Assembly: GCA_964016885.1 (NCBI GenBank)
Contig: OZ024743.1
Coordinates: 121,706,001-121,770,000, forward strand
Source of the DNA: Eledone cirrhosa
Taxonomy: Eukaryota
Direction of reading: 5' to 3'
DNA length: 64,000 nucleotides
Every line of letters starts with the position of its first letter. Within the stretch, counting starts at the first letter, position 1. The notes beneath the pieces were generated by a model, which saw only the letters and a list, made by a program, of their open reading frames with translations, searched no databases and had not been told where the DNA came from. Shown here in pieces: positions 25,319-37,924 of this stretch. A program made the position numbers and the translations under genes.

Positions 25319-25524
25319 CTTGATCACCTTGACCGACCAGTCTGTCGGGTGCCAATCGGCGCCGCTGGTCACAGCATTTTTGCTGTTTTAGCCATAAGAT
25401 AACACCATCCCACTGGCTGGGCGGGCAGGCTGGTACTCATTTCTACAGCTGAGTAAACTGGAGCAACGTGAAATAAAGTGTCTTGCTCAAGGAAACAGCA
25501 CATCATCCGGTCCGAGAATTGAAT

Positions 25525-26022
25525 GAAACAGGGCTCTGTCAGCTTTATCTCCCCTGTTTGCTGAAAATTTAAAGTAAGTGAGACTGTCACTACTCTAAAA
25601 CAATAGCGTAAGGTCTTTGAAATGCTTTTAATTAAGCTTACAGTGTATTACAAAATACACTATATATACATTCATATATATATCGCTATTTCAGAGCACC
25701 AATTCTAATTTTCAATTTCTGCTTGACCGGCAACCGCTCTGTATAATCAGTTCCTGATTATTACTAGAATTCTATAAGAATCAAACATTCATGATTTTCA
25801 GCAAACAGGTGGAGTACTTGGCTTTGATAAGTACCAATCAGTACGAAACAGAACTCTGTCAGCTTTATCTCCCCTGTTTGCTGACAATTTAAAGTAGGTG
25901 AGACTGTCACTACTCTAAAACAATAGCGTAAGGTCTTCAAAATGCTTTTAATTAAGCATAAAGTGTATTACAAAATACACTATATATACATTCATATATA
26001 TATCACTATTTCAGAGCACCAA

Positions 26023-26029
<7 letters not shown>
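25525..26029 (+). repeat. 320-bp tandem unit (about 1.6 copies) containing a hammerhead motif; retrozyme-like
   Basis: 25525-25709 is repeated at 25845-26029 with few substitutions; ends in (TA)n. Confidence 0.85.
25798..25884 (+). ncRNA. Type I hammerhead ribozyme with extended helix I and a mutated core (TTGATAA)
   Basis: Helix I tcagcaaacagg..ggag..gct / agc..ctcc.cctgtttgctga; TTGATAA at 25824-25830; helix II gtac-caatca-gtac; GAAA at 25845-25848; helix III acaga-ac-tctgt; GUC triplet. Confidence 0.75.
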
Positions 26030-26095
<66 letters not shown>

Positions 26096-26360
26096 AGTGA
26101 CTTCTCTCCTAGACAGATATTCCAGTGTGCAAGTAGTTATTTAGAATCACTGCTCTCCTAGACAAGCTGCCTTCATTGTGGCTTTTGGGTCTCACACCTA
26201 CTTCAGATACATTATCATCATCACTATCATGATCCTTTAACGGCTGTTTTCCCTATTAGCAGGGTTGGACAGTTCATCACAGACCACGTCAGTACTAAAT
26301 AGGAGCTACTAACCTCTCTCTCGTGCACATTAATTATACATCTATAATCAATTTAATAAC

Positions 26361-26547
26361 TGTTTCTACTTTTGGCACAAGGCCAGCAATTACCCAGTGC
26401 ATTACTGGTACTTTATTTTATCGACCCCGTAAGGATGAAAGGCAAAGTTAACCTCGGCGGGATTTGAACTCAGAATGGCAAGGGCCGTAAATCTATATGT
26501 CAAAGCATGACGTCCAACCCTCTACCGATACTGCCAATCCACCGCCC
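26361..26547 (-). mobile_element. Full-length tRNA-derived Nin-domain-like SINE with TSD
   Basis: Minus strand carries an A-box TGGCAGTATCGG, a B-box GAGTTCAAATCC and the central gcctttcatccttacggggtcgataaaataaagtacc. Flanking duplication ataatcaatttaataac. Confidence 0.85.
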
Positions 26548-27025
26548 ATTGCCATAATCAATTTAATAACCTCCCGTAGATTGTATCACATGAATGGAAT
26601 GATGGAAGACAACTTTATGGGAGGAAATGCTGTGGGAAGGTGCAGGGATGGTTTTAATGGGGGGGGGGGGGGGGGCAAAGGGGGCAATTACTTCAGGCCC
26701 CCTGCAGTGGGGGTCTCCTCTAGTGACAGCCATAGCAATTTATTTGTGCCCTTTGCTTGGCTTTTTGGTTTTAGGATGGTTAGATGTTTTTTAATTTAAT
26801 ACCTGTATGTATAACTTTTCAATTCCAATTACTTGTGGCAAGCTGACTTTGATGTGTAAAATTGGGGGTTTGCTGTGTATTCTAATTTTTTTTGTGAATG
26901 AGGAGCCCCCAAACCTGAATTCTACAAAATTGGTTGTCTTTTTTCATTTTAACTCTTTTGATATCAAACTACCTGAAACTGCCCCTGGTTCTATGATATA
27001 TAACATTTTTTGCTTTAATGTGTTT

Positions 27026-27312
27026 ATCATTATCATCATCATCATCGTTTTTTTACATCTGCCTTTTCATGCTTGCATGGGTTGGACAGGTCCTTCTCAG
27101 CACATATGTAGTGATCCTTTGTCATCACCTCTGTGAGTCTCAGTGATTTGAAGTTAGTTCACACAACCTCTGTCCAGGTCTTTCTTGGTCTACCTCTACC
27201 ATTGCTTCTTTCCATTGGCACTTCTTGGTACATCTTCACCAAACTATCATTGTCCATGTACTTCACATGTCCTTACCAATGCAATCTACTCTCCTACACA
27301 CCACCTCAGATT
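27026..27312 (-). mobile_element. Degraded RTE 3' end
   Basis: Minus strand reads RLHW*GHVKYMD...RGRPRKTW, followed by a (GAT)n tail. Confidence 0.7.
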
Positions 27313-28244
27313 CTAAAAACTTGCATCATAGTTGTCTGGGAAGTGTTACTGACATCAACTAATGCTTACAATATGATTAATTTGTTCATGATTCTCAGTG
27401 TTTGGGGCTTTTTCCTTATATAAAATTGTTTTTTGAATTTTAATACTGAGTTATTAAATTTTAATACTGTAGTAATCTAAAATAGTATGTAATGTTATTA
27501 ACTCTTAATGTTCTGTACCACATGAAACTGCATTAGCAAAGCAGTCTTGACATTCTTGAAAAATACAAAACAGTACTGTGATTGTATCGCATTAAAAATT
27601 AGTTTTAACTCCAATGTTGCAATTTTTTTAACAATCTGTTCACTAGTGAAGATACTACAAGCATTTAGATTAACTGACGCCATTTTTAGATATTTTCTGC
27701 TGAATCATTGCAGAGTGTTAAAAGTTAAGTCAGTTGTAATATCATATTAGGATGTTGGATAGTTAACACAAGTGTATATTGTTTGCTTCTCGACTGTAAT
27801 GACATAACTAGATTTACATTCTAGTCAAGTAATTTACCTAACCCATCAAAATGTTGACATAAACAAGACATGGTTACACAGTGAAATACTGCAAGCTACC
27901 TTATCCAACTCTCTACCAATTCTGACACTTTAACCACATAATTTCTTTCTAAATATGGGAGGGTCAGTAATGGCATATGTTGCTTGACATTTCTGGCAGA
28001 CTAATGCTACATATTTACATCCAAACAATATTAAAAGTAACACCAGACTTCACAAATTCCTCACTAAAGTTAAGACTGATGATGATAGAGGAGATGACAA
28101 TGATGATAAAGTGGTGGTGGTGGTGGTAGTGACGGTGATGAGAATATAATCCATAACATAAAGTGCACTTGTGGGTGGTCTTTTAAAGAAAAACCCGAGA
28201 GGAAAAATATCAAGACTGACCAAACATATTTGATGTGAGAAAGA

Positions 28245-29470
28245 TCATATACCACCATGGAATGAAATAATTTCTTGTTCTGATTATCATCTCTTTTCAG
28301 ATAAATGATGGCAGATATCAAGCTGATTCAGCAATTGAAAAGGTGTGGTGTAATCATTGCCTTAAAAGCAGAGATTGTTCGCTTCCTGCAAGATTATTTA
28401 TTGTCAAAGTTTGCAAACAACTGGAAGCCACTGATGGAGATTCTACAGCAGTAGCCAAACATAAAATGCCTACTCTAAGGGTCCTAATACCGTCAGAACA
28501 CTCAAACTTGTATGAATGGTGCTGAAAAAATTATTGATAAGAACCACAGAAAGTCAATTAGCACCACTGTTAAAGAGCTCAATGCTTCAAGGCACACTAT
28601 AGGAAAAAATCAGTATGAGGAGCTTTGATACAAATCATATGTGATGTGGAGAAGCTAATTCATGTCTGCAAAGACAAAAGCTAGCCATCTGATCTACACT
28701 AAGCCCTTGTTGAGCAAGTTGAAACATCAAGAGCCTGGAATTCTTTGGTTTTTCTCTGATGAGAAAAACTTTGACCCAAACCAAAAGGTCAAGCAAAGGA
28801 ATGACAGATGGTTATGTAGATGGTTATGTAACGTTCATGCATACAAAGTTTCCAGCAACTGTGACAGTTCTGTAAGTCATGAGCAACAAAGGGAGATGTC
28901 ATGTCTCCTCACTTTTTTTCATCAGAGTTTAAAGGTCAATGCTGCTGACTATAATGAGGTGTTGGAGAGGGTTGTGAGGCCTTGCATAGAGAGTGTGAGC
29001 AAAGGAAGATCATATACATACCAACAAGACTGCGCCATTTCAAAAGGCCAAGATGGCCCAAGAATGGATGAGTTACAATCTCTATGATTGCACACACACC
29101 CCCCCCCCCCCCCAAGCATATGGCTAACTAGCTCTCCAGACCTGAATCTGTTGGACTACTATGTATGGGATGTTAGCATAGAAGATGTACATTAAACGAT
29201 GATAATGGTGACAATGAAGTCAATCAGTGTTCCCATAACACTATAAAATCTCTGAAGTTCACCATAACTATCACAATGTCCAAAATAGATAAAAATAATC
29301 TATGGACATTTCAACGTTTTAGACCTTGTATTGAAGCAGCCATTGACACAAACATCGAATTCATTGAATAGATGCATCAAGAAGGCTTTCAAGATTATTC
29401 ATGGCAATTTTTTTCTCAAAGAAAGCTCTTCTTTCATGACTTATGCATCTTTCACTGTAAATATCCTCCA
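28245..29470 (+). mobile_element. Degraded Tc1/mariner-superfamily transposon
   Basis: Transposase motifs FFSDEKNF..NQKV..RNDRWL, YTYQQDCA and W..SSPDLNLLDYYVW across frameshifts. Confidence 0.85.
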
Positions 29471-31347
29471 AGAAATGAACAAACCTGTAAAAGGGGTGAG
29501 AGATTGAAAGATACAGTGTTAAAAATCAAATGGAGACAATGCAGAGTTTGATGTGACTCTTCAATCTAAATGAACATGTGACAACTTCTATAGTGTTGTT
29601 ACCACAATAAAACACACCCAATATAATTTGTAAGGTGTTAGTGTTGGTGTCATGGTATAATGCACCAACTACACCCTGCAAGATGGTTGGCATTGGGAAG
29701 TGCATTCAGTTATAGAAAACATACCAAATAAGGAACAAATGAGCAAGATGAAGCCACTTATCTAGTTTGGGACCATGACACCCCATCCAACCCATGCTAT
29801 CGTGGACATAAGATGATGATGATGATAGATATGTTCTTCGTGTGATATTATGTACACATCCTGGAATAAGACACAATGATGCTTGGGGACCAAACTGATC
29901 GAAATATAACGAAAATGTAAATTACATTTGATTCCACTTAATTGTATACAGAATAATTCATAAGACGTGTTTAACATCAAGTCTATGTAATACTCCCTGG
30001 TTAACTGAATATGCAAATATTCTAGCAGGAAAGATGGACGTTAAATGATGATGATAATGATGATGGTGGTGATGGTGCTGCTGTTGATGAAGATGAGTGA
30101 ATTTTAGTTAATTGTAAATGTTTTATTTTTTTTATTTTGTAAAACATTGATGAAATGTTGCATAAAATTGAACATTTTGTGAAAATTGTACAAGATTTGA
30201 TAGGATGATAGAAATAGAGTGATTTTGGAAGCTTCTGTTTTCAAGATGAGTTAAAATAACAGCAATCAATGTCAAAAGAGTCAAATGTATTCCACTTATT
30301 CTTACAATTTCAATGAATTAAAAACTATCAAAGTTCAAATAATTGTGGTGCATTTTATCCTATTTTTAATTGTGTAATAAAATTCTTCAATAAATGAATC
30401 TTCACTGAAGATAAAATTTATGAAAAAAAGATATAGTTTTGAATCAAGCATTTTATTGTTTTCATAATCGACTGAGAGTAAACCAATTAGATTTTTCATA
30501 ACCTGCCTGACCCTATTTGCTATCATTGAGTAATTCAAAGTATCTGAAAGCCATTGTGGGAATGTATGAATCTCGCTAAGCTTGGGTAATTGAAGAATAT
30601 GAAAGGGAATTGGAAAACTTCATAGGACATAAAGTCAAATAATTGGACTGGATGGAGTATAAGTAAATTATGTGTACACAGTTGTCCTAGGGAATATAAA
30701 TAACATAACAGTCATTTTCGAGACATATGAATCTGCTTTAGCAAAGGTCATTGAACAATATCAAAGTGAATTGAAAAATATCAGAAGAGATAAATCAAAT
30801 GATTGTCATACCGATAAATATATCAATAAAAACAAAAACATTTTGCAGTTAAGTAAATTATGTACACAGTTGTCTTACAGAAAGGCGTATTAACAGAGTT
30901 ATTATAGTGTAGTACAAACTGTCTTGTGGAATTTGTTCTGGTTCTCTTCAATCCGAGTTCAAATCCCACCAATGCCAACTTTGCCATTCATCCTTTCAAG
31001 GTCAATAAAATAAAGTATCAGTCCAAGGCAGTGAACTGATGGAATGGACAAAGCATCAGACAAGATCCTGTATGATATTTGTTCCAGCTCTTTGAGCTCT
31101 GAGTTCAAATCCTGCTGTGGCCCTACTTAGCTGGTTGACTTAATTCATTACATGTTTCAGCAACCCCAACTGGTCCTAAAGTGATGTTAGTAGATTTCAT
31201 TCTGTTGTAAGTACTCAAGTCAGGTTTATAGTTTGAGAATGCCTTCCTCCCTCCAATTAGTCTTTGGGGTCTTGAAATATGCCATGGGCCCAGACTTTCC
31301 ATCCCTGACTGAAACAATAATACATATCATCATCATTCTCATCATGA

Positions 31348-31566
31348 GGGTGATGGATTGGCAGTACTGGTAGAGCATTGGACAACATGCTTTGTGGTAT
31401 TTAGTTACAACTTTCTACATTCTAAGTTCAAATCCTGCCAAGGTTAGTTTTGCCCTTCATTTTTACAGGGTCAATAAAATAAAGTACCAGTAATGCACTG
31501 GAGTTGATTTTATCAACTTTCACCTTCTGCAAAAAATTGTTGACCTTGTGCCCTAAGTCAGAAACT
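31348..31566 (+). mobile_element. Nin-domain-like SINE
   Basis: ggattggcagtactggtagagc...aagttcaaatcctgcc...ggggtcaataaaataaagtacc. Confidence 0.75.
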
Positions 31567-33337
31567 ATTTTCTTTCATGAGTTGGCATGGTCTGAGACTA
31601 GTTAGGTTAGGGGACTACATCTTGTTCATATTCCATTTTTGATATGATTTCTACAGATGGATTCCCTTCCTAACTGTAATTAAAATCCATTTTATTCTTG
31701 TTTTACTATATAATCCATACTTGTGTAACATGGCAAGAATGCCTTACTACTGGAAACATATTGAAATCTCATAATTTATTGCTTACTGTGTGAATTCAGT
31801 TAATTACATCATAAGGATTTCAATTACTGAGGTTATGCAATTAAGCAGAATTATCAGCCTATAATGATCTACAGTGGGTTCTGCAGAACCCAAGGGATCC
31901 GTGGAAAAAGGTAGAGGAGTATATTTACATTAGAACCATGTAACAGTATGAGACTTTGAGGTTCCCCAAAAAGTTTCTGAACCAAAAAGGGTTCCGCATT
32001 TGAAAAAGTTTGGGAAACCCTGATCTAGTAGAACATATTTAAAAACACGTTTATTATTTCAAGTGTTTATATATAGTTTGTTTACTAGAGGACAGATCTT
32101 TATAAAAATTTGTAGCATTGAAGTAAAGACTTCAAGTTTTAATGTCTTGCAATCATAGTGCTGTTTTGTACTTTTCAAGAATGTCTTGTGGCTTTACAGG
32201 ATGTGAAGAGTTAAGAAATATTTTTCATCTCTTACAATGAGACTAACAGTCCAAACAATAATAACTATATTAATAACAACATATTTTAGACATGTAAAAG
32301 AGAATGTGAAGTATGCATATGTAAACAGTCTGCAAGCTTTAGCTACAATAAGTATAAACTCCTTTATTCAATGAAGTTAGCATTAGGAATGGCATCCAAG
32401 CCAAAAGCAGATCCGCATGAACAATATATGATCACCTGACCTGACTTAGCTAGTCTTGTAACATGACAATCTGTCTAACACATACAAGTATGGAAAATAG
32501 ATGTTAAAAAGTGATGATGGTACATACACACACACAAGTATGTATGTATATATGTCAGTTCATTCTTCAGTGCTACTGGTAACATGTAACCCAGTACAAT
32601 CTGTGCATAGTCGGGTCATCAGCAACTAAGCCGGGAACACCAACAAGATTGCTTGGTGAGGAGGGTGAATTTGGACATCCTGCGGGATGAAAAATAAAAC
32701 CTGCCAAAGGGCAGAGGAACTCAGTAGAGTCAACTGCCATCCAATAAAATTTGTTTTGTTTTTTGTGGAACGAGAGACTCCTAGTCTTCATTAAGACATC
32801 TCTCTAGAAGAAGGTCACTCTGATATAAAAACTATGATTTCATTTGCTTCCAATGACAATGATGTAGACCAGTAATTCTTTTTGGACAAATGCATTTGAT
32901 GTTCAGAGTGGGATTGGCCTTGTGCAAAGCCTTTCTTCACTTAAAAATCCTCCAAACACAAGCATAACTTGATATGTGACATTTTTTGTGATGCATGGTA
33001 TTGCTGGTCATAGGCAAGTCCCTAGCAGGACTAAAAAGCCATGTCCGTGATGCTTATGCTTAAGTATCAAGCAATGGCATTACTCAAAATCAAATTGCAA
33101 CCATCATCATGTATGTATGCATTAGATTCATTTTAAATTTGTTGACCAGATGGTTAAAAAAGTTCACTTCACAATCATGATGTCCCTGGTTTGATCCCAC
33201 TGCTTGACATAATAGACAAGTGTCTTTTACTATAGCTTTTAGGTTGACCTAAGCCTTGTGAGTCAAATTTAATAGATGAAAACTGTGTAGACCGGTTATT
33301 TTCTATAATTCAAAGAGCCAGCCTATAACACACAGAG

Positions 33338-33775
33338 TCATTTACTATTTCACATGTTTTTGATAATATGCCTCATTCTGTTGGACCCTTCCTAAAAACT
33401 AACCTTCTCCTAAAGTTACCCTATTGTTATTATTATTTTATTTCTAGAATCTTCCTCTCCTCTCTCTCTTTCATACATTGTTTATACGCTTACATCTTCT
33501 CACCCCCCTCTTCTCTCCGCAAATATAAGATAAGGCCAGAATTTATCTAATCTCTTTGTTGCCGAATTGTCGATTTGAGAATGTAAGCAACCCACTTTTG
33601 TCTGTCCTTCCATTTTTCGTAGTCCATATAGTCAGTAATATTTAATGTTATTTATGTCCATTTAGAATCTAATCTCTTTTTCCCCGGATTTTCATTTACT
33701 GTTTCACATGTTTTTAATAATATGCCTCATTCTGTTGGACCTTTCCTAAAAACTAACCTTCTCCTAAAGTTACCC
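33338..33775. repeat. 84-bp direct repeat flanking a 270-bp insert
   Basis: 33338-33421 matches 33692-33775 with about three mismatches. Confidence 0.85.
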
Positions 33776-34008
33776 ATTTCCTGCCCCTCACACACCACCA
33801 TTGCTATTTGTTCCAATCATAACTTAGCAGTTTATAGTAAGTTCTCTTACCAATCTGTATAGCAAAGCCACCACCTCAGTTATTACTCCTTAAGTTTAGA
33901 CCTGGTTGCTTTTCGGTTTGCTAAATGGACTGCAGAATTTGGAGAGTCTGAACACCCAATGACAATGTCACAGATAAAGATAAATTCACCTCCTGCTGCA
34001 GAACGAGA

Positions 34009-34920
34009 ATGCAAGGACCCCTCTTTATTTCAGACATGGATGACCAACATAATTCCATCTCCCACGCCCCTCCAACCCATCCATTCCACCCACCCAACGA
34101 AATCCAAAACTTCAGAGTTGGTACCATGAATGTAGGCACATCGAAAGGTCACTCAAATGAGGTTGTAGAGATGCTTGAACGTAAGGAAGTTGATGTTTGT
34201 TGTGTTCAAGAGACTAGGTGGAGAGGTGGGTCTGCTAGATTCATTGTGGGTAAAAAACGATGCTATAAACTTTTCTGGGTGGGAAATGACAATGGACTGG
34301 GTAGAGTAGGAATTATGTTAGCTGAAAAATGGGTAGATAAGGTAATTGACGTAAATAGTGAATGACTGAATAATTAAAATAAGACTAGTTCTAAATAGAA
34401 CTACTGTGACAATAATATCCGCTGATGCACCCCAATCTGGCCTACTTGACGTTATAAAGGATAGGTTCTATGAGTCGCTAATGCACACTACCTCCCAAAT
34501 AACCGACAGCGACTACTTAATTATTGCTGGCGACTCCTGAAAAGTGATCTAATTAGCAGTTGGGGAGGATGCACTGAAAGTGTGGTAGCTAGGATAAGAA
34601 CAGGCTGAAAGATTTTTAGAGAACTGTTACAGCAGCTGGCAACAAAGAGATTTTCTCTTTGAGTGAAGGGTAGACTGTATGACATCTGTGCGTGAACTGC
34701 AATGCTATATGGCTGTGAAACATGGTTCTTGACTGCAGAAATAAATAAATGGAGGCTAGAAATAAATAAATAAGTATGCTCCGATGGATGTGTAATGTTG
34801 TGCATGAGTGACATAGCATACATAAACTGAGAGAAAAACTTGGCATAAGAGGAATTGAATGTAGTGAGCAAAAGAGAAGATTGCGTTTGTATGGACATAT
34901 AATGTGTATGGAAGATTTAC
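34009..34920 (+). mobile_element. RTE LINE relic: endonuclease N-terminus joined to a degraded C-terminus
   Basis: FRVGTMNVGT...DVCCVQETRWRG...YKLFWVG. After ~34537 the sequence switches to GGCTESVVARIRTG...KGRLYD...YGCETW with no RT core between. Confidence 0.85.
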
Positions 34921-35958
34921 TCCTTAGCTGCTGCCCTCTCAAGAGCCCTTAGATACCCTCACTATCACACCCTAGTAGCTACTCTCTTCACTGCTATGCA
35001 TCCCACCCTTGTCCCCTCTACTATCACTCCTTAGTCATTCTCTCCTTCACTACAGCTCCTCATCCCAGCACTGGTGAGTCTATTGCTACCCCGAACTATT
35101 AACCAAACCATTTATGCTCCCACTACCTCTATTTTGGTGTTCTCACCATCCCCTCCCCTTATGTTATCAAAATTCACCCCTTCCTCTTCCTCACTCAAAC
35201 CACACCACACTTGCGATAACTTCTTATCTCCCTCTTATTGCTCCTCCCACACACATACACACAGAGCAAAGAGAGACAAGGACCAACAATCATGCTAGCG
35301 TTGGTGCCACAAAATGCACCTGGTATACCCAGTAAGGTGTTTGGTGACAGGAATGCCACCCAGCTGTAGAAACCATGCCTAAAAAAGGGCATTCAGTTGT
35401 GTCACAGCACAACAACCTCTCCCAAGTGTTGGGATCTACATGATAGACACAATCAATACATGCTGTTAATTGGTTGGTGATAGGAAAGGCATCCAGCTGC
35501 AGAAAGCTTACCAAATAAAGGGTTGGAAAAACCCTTCAGTTCTGTCAAAGATATGCCAAACTCTCCCGTGCATTCAATAGAACACGAGACCATATGTAAG
35601 CGAAATGCAGATCCTTGGTTTGTCTGGGAGGTCAGTAGTCTTGTTTCTATTGACTTTGTCTAAAGAAACCCGTCCAACCCTTGCTAACAGGGAAAGCAGA
35701 CATTAAACGATGATTATGATGATTATGATGATTTATATAGGGGAAATAATGATAAAGATTTGAAGATGCACCTAAAAAATTTTATATACATGCAAAATTA
35801 CAGTAAACAACAAAAAAGAAATTAGTCCATACATAATAAATTATAGTTTCTTTTTTAAACATAGGTGGATTTTCAGAGAAGGCATTATTATCTAATTAGT
35901 TTTTGTACAACCGGTTTCACTATGCATAGCTTTATGCTAGTGTTGGATATATTTCACT

Positions 35959-36000
<42 letters not shown>

Positions 36001-36313
36001 CAGTGGAACCTCAGTTCACAAACTTAATTCATTCCTTAAGGCTGTTTGTCACCCAAAGTGTTTGTAAACTGAAACTATTTTTCCCATACAAAATGTTGAG
36101 AGAGAAATACAGTGAAGGACAGTCTGTGTGTGAAAGACAGATAGATATTACCATAGTAACTAACTACACACCAAGTGATGCTTTCCCGCTAATACTCCAA
36201 GCTTGTTGCCAGCTTGTATGTTCATTACTCGAGATACTGTTTGTGAATGGAGACATTTTATGCTTGGAAAAATTGTTCATGATGAGAGATGTTCATGAAC
36301 TGAGGTTCCACTG
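36001..36313. mobile_element. Tc1/pogo-type MITE
   Basis: TIRs CAGTGGAACCTCAGTTCA...TGAACTGAGGTTCCACTG, flanked by TA. Confidence 0.85.
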
Positions 36314-36331
36314 TATGTATATATATATATA

Positions 36332-36383
<52 letters not shown>

Positions 36384-36794
36384 AGGCAAGCAAGAATAAT
36401 AAGTTTTTGCCTGCAGCATATCACATAAACAAATAGTCATCTAAGGAAATCGCTCCCATACCAGCAATAAATGCAGATACTGCATCTTGAATTGTATAAG
36501 AGTAGCCATGGAAATAATTGTAATGGATAAACGCTTTATGTAATCACACCATCTTTCTTAATGTTATTCTTTTATTTATATATATATATTATTATTATTA
36601 TTATTTTTTTTTTTTTTTTTCCTCATTTCGTGGGTTGTCTCCCCTTCCCGCTCCGTGTCGCTATGATACTTCCTCAGTCAAAAACTGCTGGAATTTCAAA
36701 TTTGGCGGTCATTCGAGGTGAGAGAGAGTAACTTTACGGATATGATTTTTGACAGCGGTAAGAAATTGTTTTCTTATATCAATGTTTAAAGGGC

Positions 36795-36920
36795 TTCCAC
36801 TGATGATTTATAAGTGCCCACCTAAATATATTCTTACATGAATATATATTAGGCTTCTACATAAACTGGAAACATTCTCCCAAACTTGTAGAAAACTTAT
36901 AATGAAACAATTGTTTGGAA
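36795..36920 (+). ncRNA. Type I hammerhead ribozyme, copy 1
   Basis: Helix I ttcca/tggaa; CTGATGA at 36800-36806; helix II base ttataag/cttataa; GAAA at 36904-36907; palindrome CAATTG; GUU triplet. Confidence 0.83.
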
Positions 36921-37798
36921 AGAGAGATATACTTTAACTTTAATTATATCTCATAAAATAATACAACTGGTTTTTCCACATTATACATATTGTTAGCACC
37001 CCAAACACTTAAATTGGGTTTATAGTTTAATATAACCTAATGTTTGTTGAGTGAGATGGTTACCAGTCAGAGTTTAGCTTTAAACTATCTCTGTTATTGT
37101 ATTAAATATTTACTCTTGATTGGCCAGAGGTGTTTATTTCCAGGTACCTTATGTATTTGACTTTCCGTATTTATTACTGTTGTGAAATATTGTTGCTTTT
37201 TTGGGGTTGTAACTTCTCCGTTTTTTAGCCTAGGAAAATATTTATATATATGCCTACGTATATAATTACGGGCATATATGTATTTATTTTCTTTTATTAA
37301 TTGAGTTCTTTACACGAGGGATTAATATTGGTTTAGAAATAACTAATTAACCCGCGTGTGTTTTATATTTTACTCTTAATAATTCGGCCGGAGATTTATA
37401 TTCCCATTTGCCCTTTATAGCATAACTTTCTGCATTTACTGCGGTTATGAGAAGCGGTTCTTATTCGGGTACAACTTCTGATTTAGCCTAAGAAAATATC
37501 TATATGCGTGTGTAATTTATACAAGCATATATTTATTTTTTTATTTTCAATTGAGTTCTTAAACATGTTGGATTGATAATGTTTTCAAAAAAACTAATTA
37601 ACCCGCGTGTATATTATTTTTTTTCCTCATTTCGTGGGTTGTCTCCCCTTCCCGCTTCGTGTCGCTATGATACTTCCTCAGTCAAAAACTGCTGGAATTT
37701 CAAATTTGGCGGTCATTCGAGGTGAGAGAGAGTAACTTTACGGACATGATTTTTCACAGCGGTAAGAAATTGTTTTCTTGTATCAATGTTTAAAGGGC

Positions 37799-37924
37799 TT
37801 CCACTGATGATTTATAAGTGCCCACCTAAATATATTCTTACATGAATATATATTAGGCTTCTACATAAACTGGAAACATTCTCCCAAACTTGTAGAAAAC
37901 TTATAATGAAACAATTGTTTGGAA
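37799..37924 (+). ncRNA. Type I hammerhead ribozyme, copy 2
   Basis: Same sequence as 36795-36920; CTGATGA at 37804-37810 and GAAA at 37908-37911. Confidence 0.83.

Noticed and set aside
26440-26547. tRNA genes suggested by A-box and B-box motifs
   Set aside because: These are heads of multi-copy SINEs, and no complete cloverleaf was seen.
35891-35955. Minus-strand hairpin followed by GAAA-CCGG-TT, resembling a hammerhead 3' half
   Set aside because: No CTGANGA core and no convincing helix I.
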